Source: Candidatus Levyibacteriota bacterium | GTDB taxonomy: Bacteria; Patescibacteriota; Microgenomatia; Levybacterales; UBA12049 | DNA: 64,000 bases | Assembly (NCBI GenBank): GCA_041906785.1 | Contig: JAYRIM010000028.1 | Location: forward strand, 35,934-99,933 | Reading direction: 5' to 3' | Part shown: in pieces, positions 1 through 8,366 of the stretch | How positions within the stretch are numbered: position 1 is the first letter of the stretch | Layout: the number at the start of each line of letters is the position of its first letter | The notes under the pieces: generated by a model | Databases searched by the model: none | Seen by the model: the letters and a program-made list of their open reading frames with translations, nothing else | What the model was told of the DNA's origin: nothing | Translations under genes and position numbers: made by a program

Positions 1-14
1 AAGACTTGTGTTTG

Positions 15-43
15 TTGCTTGACATTCTGCAATATGGTATACT
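15..43 (+). promoter_or_regulatory. Candidate sigma70-type promoter: -35 TTGCTT (15-20), 17-nt spacer, extended -10 TGgTATACT (35-43), upstream of the RRM gene
   Basis: Read directly from the sequence. A TTGACA at 19-24 also exists but leaves only a 13-nt spacer. It would give a ~110-nt 5' UTR ending in a strong RBS, AAAGGAGG (around 144-151). Confidence 0.4.
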
Positions 44-157
44 GCGGCTAGTGTTGATAAGACTGTGTGTGTTAGTTTAGGTTCATCTTTTATTTATAAA
101 AGTTCCCCTAGTACGATAACCAGTGCTTTCCACAATTGAAAAAGAAAGGAGGTTATC

Positions 158-481
158 ATGAGTACTAAATTATTCGTAGGAAGTCTCGCATGGGCAACCA
201 CAGATGAAAGTCTCGGCAATTTTTTCGCACAAGCAGGTACTGTCGTTTCAGCTAAGGTTATTACAGATAGACAAACAGGAAGATCAAGAGGATTTGGATT
301 TGTAGAAATGGCTTCAGAAGAAGAAGCAAAGAAAGCGATGGAACTTGATGGGAAAGAACTCGATGGAAGACAAATCAAGGTCAATGAGGCAAAACCTCAA
401 GAAGATCGAGGTCCAAGAAATTTTGGCGGAGGCCAAAGATTCGATAATCGAAGAGACGATAGAAGACAAGATAATTATTAA
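158..481 (+). CDS. RNA-recognition-motif (RRM) RNA-binding protein with Arg/Gly/Asp-rich C-terminal tail
   Basis: 107-aa ORF. It has an RNP-2-like LFVGSL and an RNP-1 octamer RGFGFVEM. The C-terminal tail is low-complexity, FGGGQRFDNRRDDRRQD. A strong AAAGGAGG RBS lies 7 nt upstream of the ATG. Confidence 0.85.
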   Translation: MSTKLFVGSLAWATTDESLGNFFAQAGTVVSAKVITDRQTGRSRGFGFVEMASEEEAKKAMELDGKELDGRQIKVNEAKPQEDRGPRNFGGGQRFDNRRDDRRQDNY

Positions 482-500
482 TTTTGTTTTTTATTACTCT

Positions 501-541
501 AAAAAACACTTGTGAAGGGGAACTGGATCAGGTGTTTTTTT
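501..541. terminator. Candidate bidirectional intrinsic terminator between the convergent RRM gene and the 233-aa gene
   Basis: An A-run, then stem ACACTTG...CAGGTGT (one mismatch, 16-nt loop), then a T7 run. It sits exactly between two convergent stop codons. Confidence 0.4.
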
Positions 542-1241
542 ATGTGTACATTGTAATAAGCTTGTGTAAAGCTTTAGTATTCTCTACGAGATGATATTGA
601 TGTTTACCAATAGCTGGGAAATAACCAAAAATTATTTTCTTCGTATGTCTAAAGGTTGGTAATTGTTTATTACTGAGAAAGTCTATCGTTGCTTTTTCTA
701 TATACTCTAATATATCTGGGTGCTGAAAATACATCGAAGATGTTTTCGTAAATTCTTGAGTATTTTTAAAAAATAAACGAAGAAAATCATCCCATGGGAG
801 CCAATATCCTTCAGAAATCTTTTTACAATGAGAATAATTTGGCTCTTGTAAAGATTCAACTAGAAATAAAGATAGTATTTCTTTATTTACCACTGATGGA
901 TCATTTGCATACCGTTTAATAATTCGAAAATTAAAAGGCAACATTTTAGCGTTATATTCAGTGATATTCAATTCCTCTTTTAACCCTCTTTGTAATGTTC
1001 TATAAAGATTAACTTCATCTTCTTGAATCATTTGCGTAGCTAGGCTCTGATCCAGTTTATATTTATTAATATCTACATGTTTTGATCTTCTTTGAATAAA
1101 TATTGAAAAACCTTTTTTTGTTTTTTTTACAAGATGAGCTTGAACACCACGATGCCAATGGCCTATTGAATGGACTTTTTTTCGTTCTACAGTATCTTTA
1201 ACATCAAGCGTAATTGGATCGAAAACAGGAAATTTTTTCAT
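540..1241 (-). CDS. Hypothetical protein (233 aa); the downstream gene of a two-gene minus-strand operon
   Basis: Long ORF. Its ATG overlaps the stop of the upstream 413-aa ORF by 4 bp (ATGA). There is a His-rich patch HSIGHWHRG and no family I can name. Confidence 0.6.
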   Translation of the reverse strand: MKKFPVFDPITLDVKDTVERKKVHSIGHWHRGVQAHLVKKTKKGFSIFIQRRSKHVDINKYKLDQSLATQMIQEDEVNLYRTLQRGLKEELNITEYNAKMLPFNFRIIKRYANDPSVVNKEILSLFLVESLQEPNYSHCKKISEGYWLPWDDFLRLFFKNTQEFTKTSSMYFQHPDILEYIEKATIDFLSNKQLPTFRHTKKIIFGYFPAIGKHQYHLVENTKALHKLITMYT

Positions 1242-2443
1242 AGTGCTATAGTAGAAACTATTGATGCAATTTTTCTTGCATAAGCTGCATTTTGTTCTCT
1301 CATCATCTGGGTAGGCTTATCCTGAGTCTTTGTAAATCCATAAAAATCCCCATCAGCATAGAGGTTCTTAGTTGGTCCTGTCGTTGTAATTATTCTTGGA
1401 AAGAAATCTGCCGTCATTCTACCTTCTGGATGTGTCGTAAACATAAACCCGCCTGCGAAGCCTCTTGTAATATGTACTTTTGCAGCATTAGTTATGTGCG
1501 CTGTACCATTTACTAAACGTGTAGAAGCGGGTTGTACATTATGTGCAAGGTATTTTAATAATCTTAATGATTCAGGGGAAAATTCTATATTATTATTCCC
1601 AACGAACTGTTCAAATCTATCGCCTCGTTCTTGAGTAGGTAAAGGAATATACTTGTCAGAATCTGGATCAATCTGACCGTCAGTAAAGATATTACGAACT
1701 GTTTCATAACTAGCTCTGCCGTCCTCATATAATTGTCTGAATGCCTTTGCATATGAGTCAGCATCAGCGATGGCTTGGGTTTGGTATTCAATGTATCCAC
1801 TGGGATGGATAGTAGGCATAGTCCATCCTAAGACTTGCCCTATCTCTGGTTTTTGTAGCAAGCTTGCAAGAATATCTGCTGCAATAGGCGTAAAAGGTTC
1901 TATGCTCGTCAGTCTGTCATACCATGTACTGTCTTTCCAGGGAGTTGTAACAACATTTCGCTGATCTAAAGGATTACCTAATCCTCTAATATGTGTATGA
2001 AATCGTTTGACTGAGTGATGACCTGGAGAGAAGTCTTCGGGATTATAACCAAAACCCCATTGTAATGTTCTTCCCTCTCTGGCAAATTGTTTTGCAATTT
2101 CACTATGTATAGTAAACAAGTCAGCTAATGCTACCGTGGAAAAATCTGTTATTTCATCAATTGGTATTCTAGAGCTTCCCACCCACATATTTACATCTTC
2201 AATAGACCAAGGTGTACTCTTCTGTGTGAAGGCAAACTCAGTTATTCCATCTCTACTCGAGATTAAAGAAAAAGGTTGCATTTTATCTTTAAATTCTTCC
2301 CACGGTAGGGTATTCGCTTCACAAGTTGTGACTGCAGGTTCACTATATTTTGGCATTTTCGCAACTCGAACTGCTTCCCTTCTAACATGGTTAACATTTC
2401 TCGCTAGTAAATATCCAGCAGGAATACTTCCCTTTTCGCTCAT
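1238..2443 (-). CDS. Hypothetical protein (about 401 aa from the ATG at 2443; the ORF track extends to a TTG at 2479)
   Basis: Long ORF translationally coupled to 540..1241. It contains an HHSVKRFHTHIRG patch. No confident family assignment. Confidence 0.55.
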   Translation of the reverse strand: MSEKGSIPAGYLLARNVNHVRREAVRVAKMPKYSEPAVTTCEANTLPWEEFKDKMQPFSLISSRDGITEFAFTQKSTPWSIEDVNMWVGSSRIPIDEITDFSTVALADLFTIHSEIAKQFAREGRTLQWGFGYNPEDFSPGHHSVKRFHTHIRGLGNPLDQRNVVTTPWKDSTWYDRLTSIEPFTPIAADILASLLQKPEIGQVLGWTMPTIHPSGYIEYQTQAIADADSYAKAFRQLYEDGRASYETVRNIFTDGQIDPDSDKYIPLPTQERGDRFEQFVGNNNIEFSPESLRLLKYLAHNVQPASTRLVNGTAHITNAAKVHITRGFAGGFMFTTHPEGRMTADFFPRIITTTGPTKNLYADGDFYGFTKTQDKPTQMMREQNAAYARKIASIVSTIAL

Positions 2444-2510
2444 AGTAAAAAATAAGTATAGCAAAGAAGAGCCAGGCAATCAATACTATAAGATAAAAGA
2501 AGTCTGAAAA

Positions 2511-2858
2511 TTATAATTCCGTATATTTCTTATGCGAGTTTTTTGATTTTTCGATAGGATACTTTTTTTCGTTTTTAAGCATCTTCTTACTAAACGCTTT
2601 TGCAAGATCAATCTTCAGATCGTGGCTTAAAAGGAGTGTATAAAACAGAACATCTGCTAGTTCTTCTCCGATTGCTTCTCTATGTTGTTTAATATATTGT
2701 TCAATTTCATCGTTAGTTTTCCACTGGAAATGTTCCATGACTTCTGCAGCTTCTAAGACAAGAGATAGAGAAACGTCTTTAGGGTTATGAAATTGCTTCC
2801 AATTTCGTAAATTACGAAATTTAACTACTTTATCGGTTAGTTTTTTTAGTTCATTCAT
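2511..2858 (-). CDS. MazG-like nucleotide pyrophosphohydrolase (all-alpha NTP-PPase fold), small form
   Basis: 115 aa. Motifs LSLVLEAAEVMEHFQWK ... EELADVLFYTLLLSHDLKIDL are typical of the EExxE/D metal-binding helices of MazG/YpjD-type NTP pyrophosphatases. Confidence 0.7.
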   Translation of the reverse strand: MNELKKLTDKVVKFRNLRNWKQFHNPKDVSLSLVLEAAEVMEHFQWKTNDEIEQYIKQHREAIGEELADVLFYTLLLSHDLKIDLAKAFSKKMLKNEKKYPIEKSKNSHKKYTEL

Positions 2859-2987
2859 ATATTATTTGGATTATAAGCTGAAGAGCAAGAGATAACAATA
2901 TCTTATCTGAAATATTATCTAAGATTATGTCTTTACTAGAAATTAGTATATCTATATAATCTCTCTAGCCTTAGAAGATAATTTTAT

Positions 2988-4148
2988 ATGCCGAATCCAG
3001 AATTTCAACTTGGTTTTTTTATTAATGGGCAACAAAAAGAACGACTTTATTTGTCCCGTCCCGAAATACGGGAAAACAGAGAATTAGGTATATGTGCAGT
3101 AAATAATCGCTGGGGTGATGAATTCTTAGCTTCTGATCTTGAAAGGAGAATAAAAGAGGCGACTGGCGTTGATGTTTTTCCTTCTGGATTTAAAACAATC
3201 TTTCGCAGTTCGCCTGATCTCACAGATGCAGAGGCTGAAGAACAGGAAATAAGAACAGTCGTTGAGTCTACGAAATTACTATTGAAAGTTAATGGTTGGG
3301 AACCAGAGAGTGTAGAAGCACTAAGTTTGGGTTGCGGGACACCTCCTGTAGAAGATTATGGAAGATTACTTGCTGATGAAGTTGGATTAGTTAATGCTGA
3401 TGTGCTGAATACCTATGCTGCATGTAATAGTTCTGGTCGCGCTCTACAGCGTGTTTTATCTGCAGATGGAGCATATAATGGTCGTCGCGTTTTAGTAGCT
3501 GGAGTGGAAGGAATGACTCGTATGGCTAGAAATTTAGATGATCGTGTGGCAGATCCTTCATCACTTGCAGTTTTTAGCAATGGAGCATCTGTAATGAGTT
3601 TAGTTCCAGGTCAAAGCTTACGGTATATTAATGGCTCATTTATGAGTGAAAGGGATACAAGAAACCTCTTAGGAGTTCCTACGTATTCCGTGGATCCTGC
3701 TGGTCCATTAATCCAGAAAGAAGGTAATACAGAAAAGATTGATTTGACCGTTCCGCAAAATGGCAGATTAATTGATATGAATGGAAAAGGAACTGCAATA
3801 ATGTTCGCAAAATTCGGTCGTGCATTAGGGACAGGAGTTATGACAGAATATGATAACTTGGTTGCAGGAGGTGTAATAGAACCAAGAGATATTAATACTG
3901 TTGTCGCTCATCATCCTAGTAAGCCTGTCGGGGATTTATTAAGGTCTACTTTAGAGAAGGCTGGGTTGTCTTTTACTAATTGGCCATGGGTTGTTACTGA
4001 AGGTAACTCGAGTGCTTCTACCTCACAATTTGCATTTACCAGAATGATGGAACGATTTACTCCTGGAGAAAGATTTCTTTATCTTAGTTTCGGCGCTGGA
4101 ATGTCAGGAACTGGGATGGTCTTAGAAGCAGGAAATGTACGCCAGTAA
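2988..4148 (+). CDS. Thiolase-fold condensing-enzyme homolog (FabH/KAS-III-like)
   Basis: 386 aa. Candidate active-site Cys in YAACNSSGRAL. The His and Asn regions VVAHHPSKP and EGNSSASTSQFA resemble the FabH HQAN and GNTSAAS motifs. The Gly-rich C-terminus SFGAGMSGTGM fits as well. Confidence 0.55.
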   Translation: MPNPEFQLGFFINGQQKERLYLSRPEIRENRELGICAVNNRWGDEFLASDLERRIKEATGVDVFPSGFKTIFRSSPDLTDAEAEEQEIRTVVESTKLLLKVNGWEPESVEALSLGCGTPPVEDYGRLLADEVGLVNADVLNTYAACNSSGRALQRVLSADGAYNGRRVLVAGVEGMTRMARNLDDRVADPSSLAVFSNGASVMSLVPGQSLRYINGSFMSERDTRNLLGVPTYSVDPAGPLIQKEGNTEKIDLTVPQNGRLIDMNGKGTAIMFAKFGRALGTGVMTEYDNLVAGGVIEPRDINTVVAHHPSKPVGDLLRSTLEKAGLSFTNWPWVVTEGNSSASTSQFAFTRMMERFTPGERFLYLSFGAGMSGTGMVLEAGNVRQ

Positions 4149-4166
4149 TAATTTCCTAATAGTTAA

Positions 4167-4523
4167 TTATTCTTGTTCTTTTCCTTTACGCATCCCTTCG
4201 ATGAATTCTTGTTCAGCTCTATATGCATACTCACTAAAATCTGCTTGTGCTTCATCTACCCTCTGCCATTTTTCATCTACTAAATCTGATACTTTCATCC
4301 ACCATTCTTGAATGTCCTCAGGAACAGGGTCTGAAGATCCTCTAATTGGATATCTGCTTTCTAAGACTTGCTGTATTAATGATGAAAAACCTGGTTCATC
4401 TGACTCATACATTGTAATAACATCTTTATCAGACATAGTTATATATTCATCAGGAATAACACCACGATTCGTGGTAAGACCGATTGCATCTCTTATAATA
4501 TTAGCTCTTGTATGGTCATCCAT
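4167..4523 (-). CDS. Hypothetical acidic protein (118 aa)
   Basis: Clean ORF filling the gap between convergent and divergent neighbours. No recognisable motif. Confidence 0.45.
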   Translation of the reverse strand: MDDHTRANIIRDAIGLTTNRGVIPDEYITMSDKDVITMYESDEPGFSSLIQQVLESRYPIRGSSDPVPEDIQEWWMKVSDLVDEKWQRVDEAQADFSEYAYRAEQEFIEGMRKGKEQE

Positions 4524-4607
4524 GACAAAGATTATAGGACTTTACGCCTTTTCTGTCAAAATATATTGTTAATTGTTATAGAAAATGAGTATCCTCAAAT
4601 AAATAAT

Positions 4608-5309
4608 ATGATTAAAAATTTTTTTTGTTTCTATATTATTTTTCTTTCTTTTCAGCTTTCTGAATTGGCTTTTGCCGATACAAACGGGAAAATAGTTATC
4701 TCAGGTGCGAAGAAAAAGGATGACGCTATGGTGATAACTGCCACACTTAGTGGGAGCAGTTGTGGAGATACAGAAAGGAATATTGTAGAAGTGTTAGTTC
4801 ATGGAGCAGGTGCTGGATATCCATTTGCTGCAGATTTTTCAAATGCTGAGATAGTGGCATATAAAAATGGTCAGCAAATTTCAGGCCATAGACGTTATGT
4901 GACAAATCCACCCATGATTAATGACATAATGCTTCATGCAAATCCTTCTTTTACGTACGATCCGAAAAAAGATACAGTAACAGTACGAGTTACAGGAGCA
5001 AAAAGGGGGAATGTCGGAGGGATGGCTCTCGGCGTATATCTTATGGAACATGAACCGAATGATACCCCGGCGTATGATGGTTGTGCTTCTCTATACAGTT
5101 TCTACAATACTATTACTCCTCTTTCAGACAGTGGACTCATGGAAGGGTATATTCCAGGACAACAACCACACAAAGAAGACGTGAAAGGACTACAGAAAAA
5201 TGCAGTTTTTGAATACATTCCAGTAGTATTGCCACATAAAATTAAGTCTCCTTTTTTCTCTTCTCTGGCTCCTGTGGTTTTAAAAGATGTTCAAAAATTT
5301 CTACCCTGA
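4608..5309 (+). CDS. Secreted hypothetical protein with N-terminal signal peptide
   Basis: The internal Met at 4608 begins MIKNFFCFYIIFLSFQLSELAFA-DTNGK, a classic signal peptide with an AxA cleavage site. The upstream 32 codons of the tracked ORF overlap the neighbouring minus gene and look like a spurious extension. Confidence 0.55.
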   Translation: MIKNFFCFYIIFLSFQLSELAFADTNGKIVISGAKKKDDAMVITATLSGSSCGDTERNIVEVLVHGAGAGYPFAADFSNAEIVAYKNGQQISGHRRYVTNPPMINDIMLHANPSFTYDPKKDTVTVRVTGAKRGNVGGMALGVYLMEHEPNDTPAYDGCASLYSFYNTITPLSDSGLMEGYIPGQQPHKEDVKGLQKNAVFEYIPVVLPHKIKSPFFSSLAPVVLKDVQKFLP

Positions 5310-5338
5310 GGTTAATTTAGTGTGGTAGAATTTCATTT

Positions 5339-5947
5339 ATGAATATTCATGAAGCATTAGAGACTGTTTGGAATTATTTACGGATTGAAAATAAAACTTG
5401 TCCTGCTGATGTGATTTTTCTTTTTGGAGGTGCCACTTTATATCCAGTTTTTAAAGCAGCTGAATTATATAAAGCTGGAGTATGTAGAAATATAGTTTTT
5501 GTTTCGAACCGTGGAACATTTTCAAATCCTGAATGGAAAGATGTAGAAGCGAAAATGTATGCAAAAACATTCGTAGAACTTGGTATTCCAAAAAACAGCT
5601 TATTCTATACACCAGAATGTTCAAATACACTTGAAGAGGCGAGATTTGCAATTCCTTTTATGGAGAAAAACGGTTTACATCCTAAAAAGATTATTCTTAT
5701 TTCACGACCTACTCACCAAAGACGTGCGTTTGCCACATTTAAAAAGCAAAACCCAGATATAGTATGTATAAATGTACCAGCAGACGAACCATTCGTTGAA
5801 AGCCAAGATTTAATTGATAGAATGGTGGCAGAAATAAAGCGGCTACAATTATATGGGAAAAAAGGAGATATAGTTCCACAAGAAATTCTTCAAGATGTTA
5901 AAAGCGCATGGAAAATATTGAAAAATAATGTCAAGAGAATCTATTAA
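5339..5947 (+). CDS. DUF218 / YdcF (ElyC-SanA family) domain protein
   Basis: 202 aa. The architecture FLFGGA ... NIVFVSNRG ... PKKIILISRPTHQRRA matches DUF218 Rossmann-like proteins. Confidence 0.65.
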   Translation: MNIHEALETVWNYLRIENKTCPADVIFLFGGATLYPVFKAAELYKAGVCRNIVFVSNRGTFSNPEWKDVEAKMYAKTFVELGIPKNSLFYTPECSNTLEEARFAIPFMEKNGLHPKKIILISRPTHQRRAFATFKKQNPDIVCINVPADEPFVESQDLIDRMVAEIKRLQLYGKKGDIVPQEILQDVKSAWKILKNNVKRIY

Positions 5948-5950
5948 AGT

Positions 5951-6898
5951 ATGAAAAAGTATCTATTTTTTATTATATTTATATCTTTGATTGTAATTTT
6001 TATATTTCTTAAACAGAAGGCAGTTATTTTACCAAATAGAAACAATAACGAAATGAAACAAATGTCCTACCCAATTGTAATTGCTGCAGCAGGGGATATT
6101 GCATGTAATGACGAAAGAAAAGAAGGAGAGTGCTATCAGGATAAAACTGCCAAATTAATAGTAGATAAAAATCCCGATATAGTCCTTGCTCTGGGAGATT
6201 TGCAATACGATTCAGGTTTATATAATGATTTCTTAACTTATTACGATAAAACCTGGGGGATCTTTAAAAACAAGACGAAACCTGTTCCAGGAAATCATGA
6301 TTATGGTACTCAGAAAGCTAAAGGATATTTCGACTATTTTAACGGCATGGGTTCTGATAGCGGTCAAGCAGGAGAACGGGATAAAGGATACTATAGTTTT
6401 ACAAAAGGAAATTGGAAATTGCTCGCATTAAATAGTAACTGTTGGGCTATGGGTGGATGCGACGATTCATCAGCCCAGTACGCATTCGTAAAAAAAGAAT
6501 TAGATAAAACGAAAGAAACTTGCACTATTGCCTATTGGCATCATCCAGTTTTCTCTTCTGGGCCGCATGGAAATGATGCAAACATGCGAGCTATCTGGAG
6601 ATTGCTTTATGAAAAAAATGTTGAAATAGTATTAAATGGTCACGATCATCTATATGAAAGGTTTGAGAAACAGAATCCTTCTGGAGATATTGAAAAAGAA
6701 AAAGGTATTCAGGAATTTATAGTTGGAACTGGAGGAAGAAACCTTTATGCTTTAAAAGCTAAACAACAAAATAGCGTTTTTAGTGATTCAGAACACTATG
6801 GAGTTCTTTTTTTATCTTTTCATGAACGTTCTTATGATTGGCAATTCATCACAATAGATAATACAGTGGTGGATTCAGGAACAGAAAAGTGTTTTTGA
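5951..6898 (+). CDS. Calcineurin-like metallophosphoesterase (purple-acid-phosphatase-like), membrane-anchored or secreted
   Basis: N-terminal TM/signal segment. It carries the canonical MPE motifs GDIACND (GD), ALGDLQYD (GDxxY), PGNHDY (GNH[DE]) and GHDHLYERF (GHxH). Confidence 0.85.
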   Translation: MKKYLFFIIFISLIVIFIFLKQKAVILPNRNNNEMKQMSYPIVIAAAGDIACNDERKEGECYQDKTAKLIVDKNPDIVLALGDLQYDSGLYNDFLTYYDKTWGIFKNKTKPVPGNHDYGTQKAKGYFDYFNGMGSDSGQAGERDKGYYSFTKGNWKLLALNSNCWAMGGCDDSSAQYAFVKKELDKTKETCTIAYWHHPVFSSGPHGNDANMRAIWRLLYEKNVEIVLNGHDHLYERFEKQNPSGDIEKEKGIQEFIVGTGGRNLYALKAKQQNSVFSDSEHYGVLFLSFHERSYDWQFITIDNTVVDSGTEKCF

Positions 6899-6900
6899 TA

Positions 6901-7314
6901 TTATTTTTTAGGATACTTTTTATCGAGTGTAGCAATAATTTTTTCTCCTTCTTTTCCTTTAAGACTACGGAGTAATGCATCTATTTTTTCTTCTTTTCGA
7001 TCATCTCCTTCTTTCGATTGTGGAGAACCGAGATACCAAAGGTACGATAATCCTGCAACTTGCCAAATTAATTGAAGAAATTCTGATTGCCAATTTTCAA
7101 ATGTATCCCGAGTCGTTTCCATAATGTACTGATTTACTTCAATAGGTTGTTTATGTGTTTTTTGTTCGTCAGTATACGCATACCAAGCAGTTATCCAATG
7201 TCCAGCTAGCGAAAAAAGAAAAAGTATTAGGGTAACCCAAAGATATCCATAGTCTTTTAAAACGGATCTGTTATTCATAAAGGTGAGATTAATGAATATA
7301 GGTAAGAGATACAT
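6901..7314 (-). CDS. Hypothetical small membrane protein (137 aa)
   Basis: Two hydrophobic helices and a Lys/Glu-rich C-terminus. It is convergent with the phosphoesterase, 2 nt apart. Confidence 0.5.
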   Translation of the reverse strand: MYLLPIFINLTFMNNRSVLKDYGYLWVTLILFLFSLAGHWITAWYAYTDEQKTHKQPIEVNQYIMETTRDTFENWQSEFLQLIWQVAGLSYLWYLGSPQSKEGDDRKEEKIDALLRSLKGKEGEKIIATLDKKYPKK

Positions 7315-7352
7315 GTAGAAGCGGTAAACGAAGGGTAATAAGAATAATCTTG

Positions 7353-7425
7353 TGACCCCACCGGAAGTCGAATCCGGGTTTGCAGGATGAGAACCTGCCG
7401 TCCTAGGCCACTAGACGATGGGGCC
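7353..7425 (-). tRNA. tRNA-Glu (anticodon CUC)
   Basis: The reverse complement folds as a cloverleaf. The acceptor is GGCCCCA/TGGGGTC, the D-stem GTCT/GGAC and the anticodon stem GCAGG/CCTGC with loop TTCTCAT (anticodon CTC). The T-arm is CCGGA-TTCGACT-TCCGG and the discriminator is A. No encoded CCA. Confidence 0.85.
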
Positions 7426-7513
7426 GTTTCAGTTATTCGTTATCTGTGTAGGGAACACAAATAACATTCAGCATATTTTACTGCATTCACTTCCATAAGA
7501 CAATCTTCCACAA

Positions 7514-7564
7514 CTTCGTTCCAATACAAAAACATTTTGGTCACTTGAAGCTAAGTCAAAATTG
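7514..7564 (+). repeat. Intergenic repeat/motif copy A (ttccaatacaaaaacattttggtcacttgaagctaagtca)
   Basis: Shares an about 25-nt core (ttcYaatWcaRaaaYatttKggtYa) and the downstream 'cttgaag..taagt.ca' with copies at 8226-8301 and 8995-9023. Confidence 0.5.
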
Positions 7565-7577
7565 TTTGTTGTAATCT

Positions 7578-8141
7578 TTAAAGAAATTCTAAGATAAGTG
7601 GAAATTGTCTATAATCTTCTGAAACTTCTAAGTTAAAGTGTCCCTGTCCTGCTTTTATTATTAACTCTCCCCCAAGTCTTTCATGCATGACTTTTGCGTG
7701 GCGTTCTCCACAGTCGTAAGGATCGTTGTCGGACGCAACAAAAACAAAACGACTGCAAGAAACTTTTATCTTCTCCCAATCACATGGTTCTTTTGTTAAG
7801 TCTTCTTTATATTGGAAGAATTCTGAAAACTTTCCTTTATCAATAGGCCCCGCTACAAGAATTGCTTTATCAATTTTAACTCCTTCTGGTAATTTTTCTA
7901 AAATTCTAAGTATTAATGTTGCACCTGCGGAGTGACCAATAATTACAGACTCGCTATTTAATTCCCAATCTTTATTATTTAATATTGTATCTAACCACTC
8001 TTTTTGAATAGGAACATCGGAATTTGGTAAATCTGGAGACCAGGTCTTGTAGCCTTTCTTTTCAAGTTCTGACTTTAACCAGGGAAACCAGTTTCCTTGT
8101 GAGTTATTACCAGCACCGTGTAAGATTAAAGCATTCTTCAC
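7578..8141 (-). CDS. Alpha/beta-fold serine hydrolase, RBBP9/YdeN (Ser_hydrolase) family
   Basis: 187 aa. Nucleophile elbow GHSAG, N-terminal ILHGAGNNS, a downstream Asp and a C-terminal GHF. This is the typical size for this family. Confidence 0.7.
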   Translation of the reverse strand: MKNALILHGAGNNSQGNWFPWLKSELEKKGYKTWSPDLPNSDVPIQKEWLDTILNNKDWELNSESVIIGHSAGATLILRILEKLPEGVKIDKAILVAGPIDKGKFSEFFQYKEDLTKEPCDWEKIKVSCSRFVFVASDNDPYDCGERHAKVMHERLGGELIIKAGQGHFNLEVSEDYRQFPLILEFL

Positions 8142-8225
8142 TAAGTTGATTCTAATATCTTATGGTAGTTAAGTCAAAAATAATCTGTGCTTGAATTTAT
8201 AACTCGCTTCCATTGTTCAACAGTG

Positions 8226-8301
8226 CTTCGAAGATGGTTCTAATTCAAAAACATTTGGGTTACAATCTTTCGCCAAACTTGAAGATAGTAAGTTCAGCTT
8301 G
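8226..8301 (+). repeat. Intergenic repeat/motif copy B (longest copy)
   Basis: It aligns with copy A over about 50 nt: cttcg..ttcYaatWcaaaaacattt(t)gg(g)tYac...cttgaag(c/a)ta(a)gt(t)ca. It lies in the divergent promoter region between the hydrolase gene and the 8367 gene. Confidence 0.5.
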
Positions 8302-8366
8302 CACATCACAAGAAATTACTTTTGTTTTTCTTAGCTATTTACTCATCTATAAAGTATAATTAAGCT

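Noticed and set aside
19-24. Perfect TTGACA hexamer as the -35 element for the RRM promoter
   Set aside because: It leaves only a 13-nt spacer to TATACT. The overlapping TTGCTT at 15-20 gives the canonical 17-nt spacing with an extended -10.
94-384. 96-aa ORF on the minus strand
   Set aside because: It is entirely antisense to the well-supported RRM gene (RNP-1 motif, strong RBS). Its composition is Ser/Leu-rich and low-complexity. It is a shadow ORF.
1292-1516. Small internal/antisense ORFs throughout, e.g. 1292..1516, 5451..5651, 14379..14714, 16164..16439, 31010..31228 and 61847..62053
   Set aside because: All lie inside and antisense to, or out of frame with, long well-supported CDSs. 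Such ORFs are expected by chance in AT-rich DNA and have no independent signals.
1238-2443. HIT-superfamily / GalT-like call for the 401-aa protein based on FHTHIRG
   Set aside because: The HIT (HxHxHxx) and GalT (HxHxQ) signatures are not fully matched, since Arg replaces the third His or Gln. It is too weak without a search.
4512-4607. N-terminal 32-codon extension of the secreted-protein ORF (MVIHDKDY...)
   Set aside because: The extension overlaps the 5' end of the convergent minus gene. The internal Met at 4608 begins a textbook signal peptide, so the shorter form is far more plausible.
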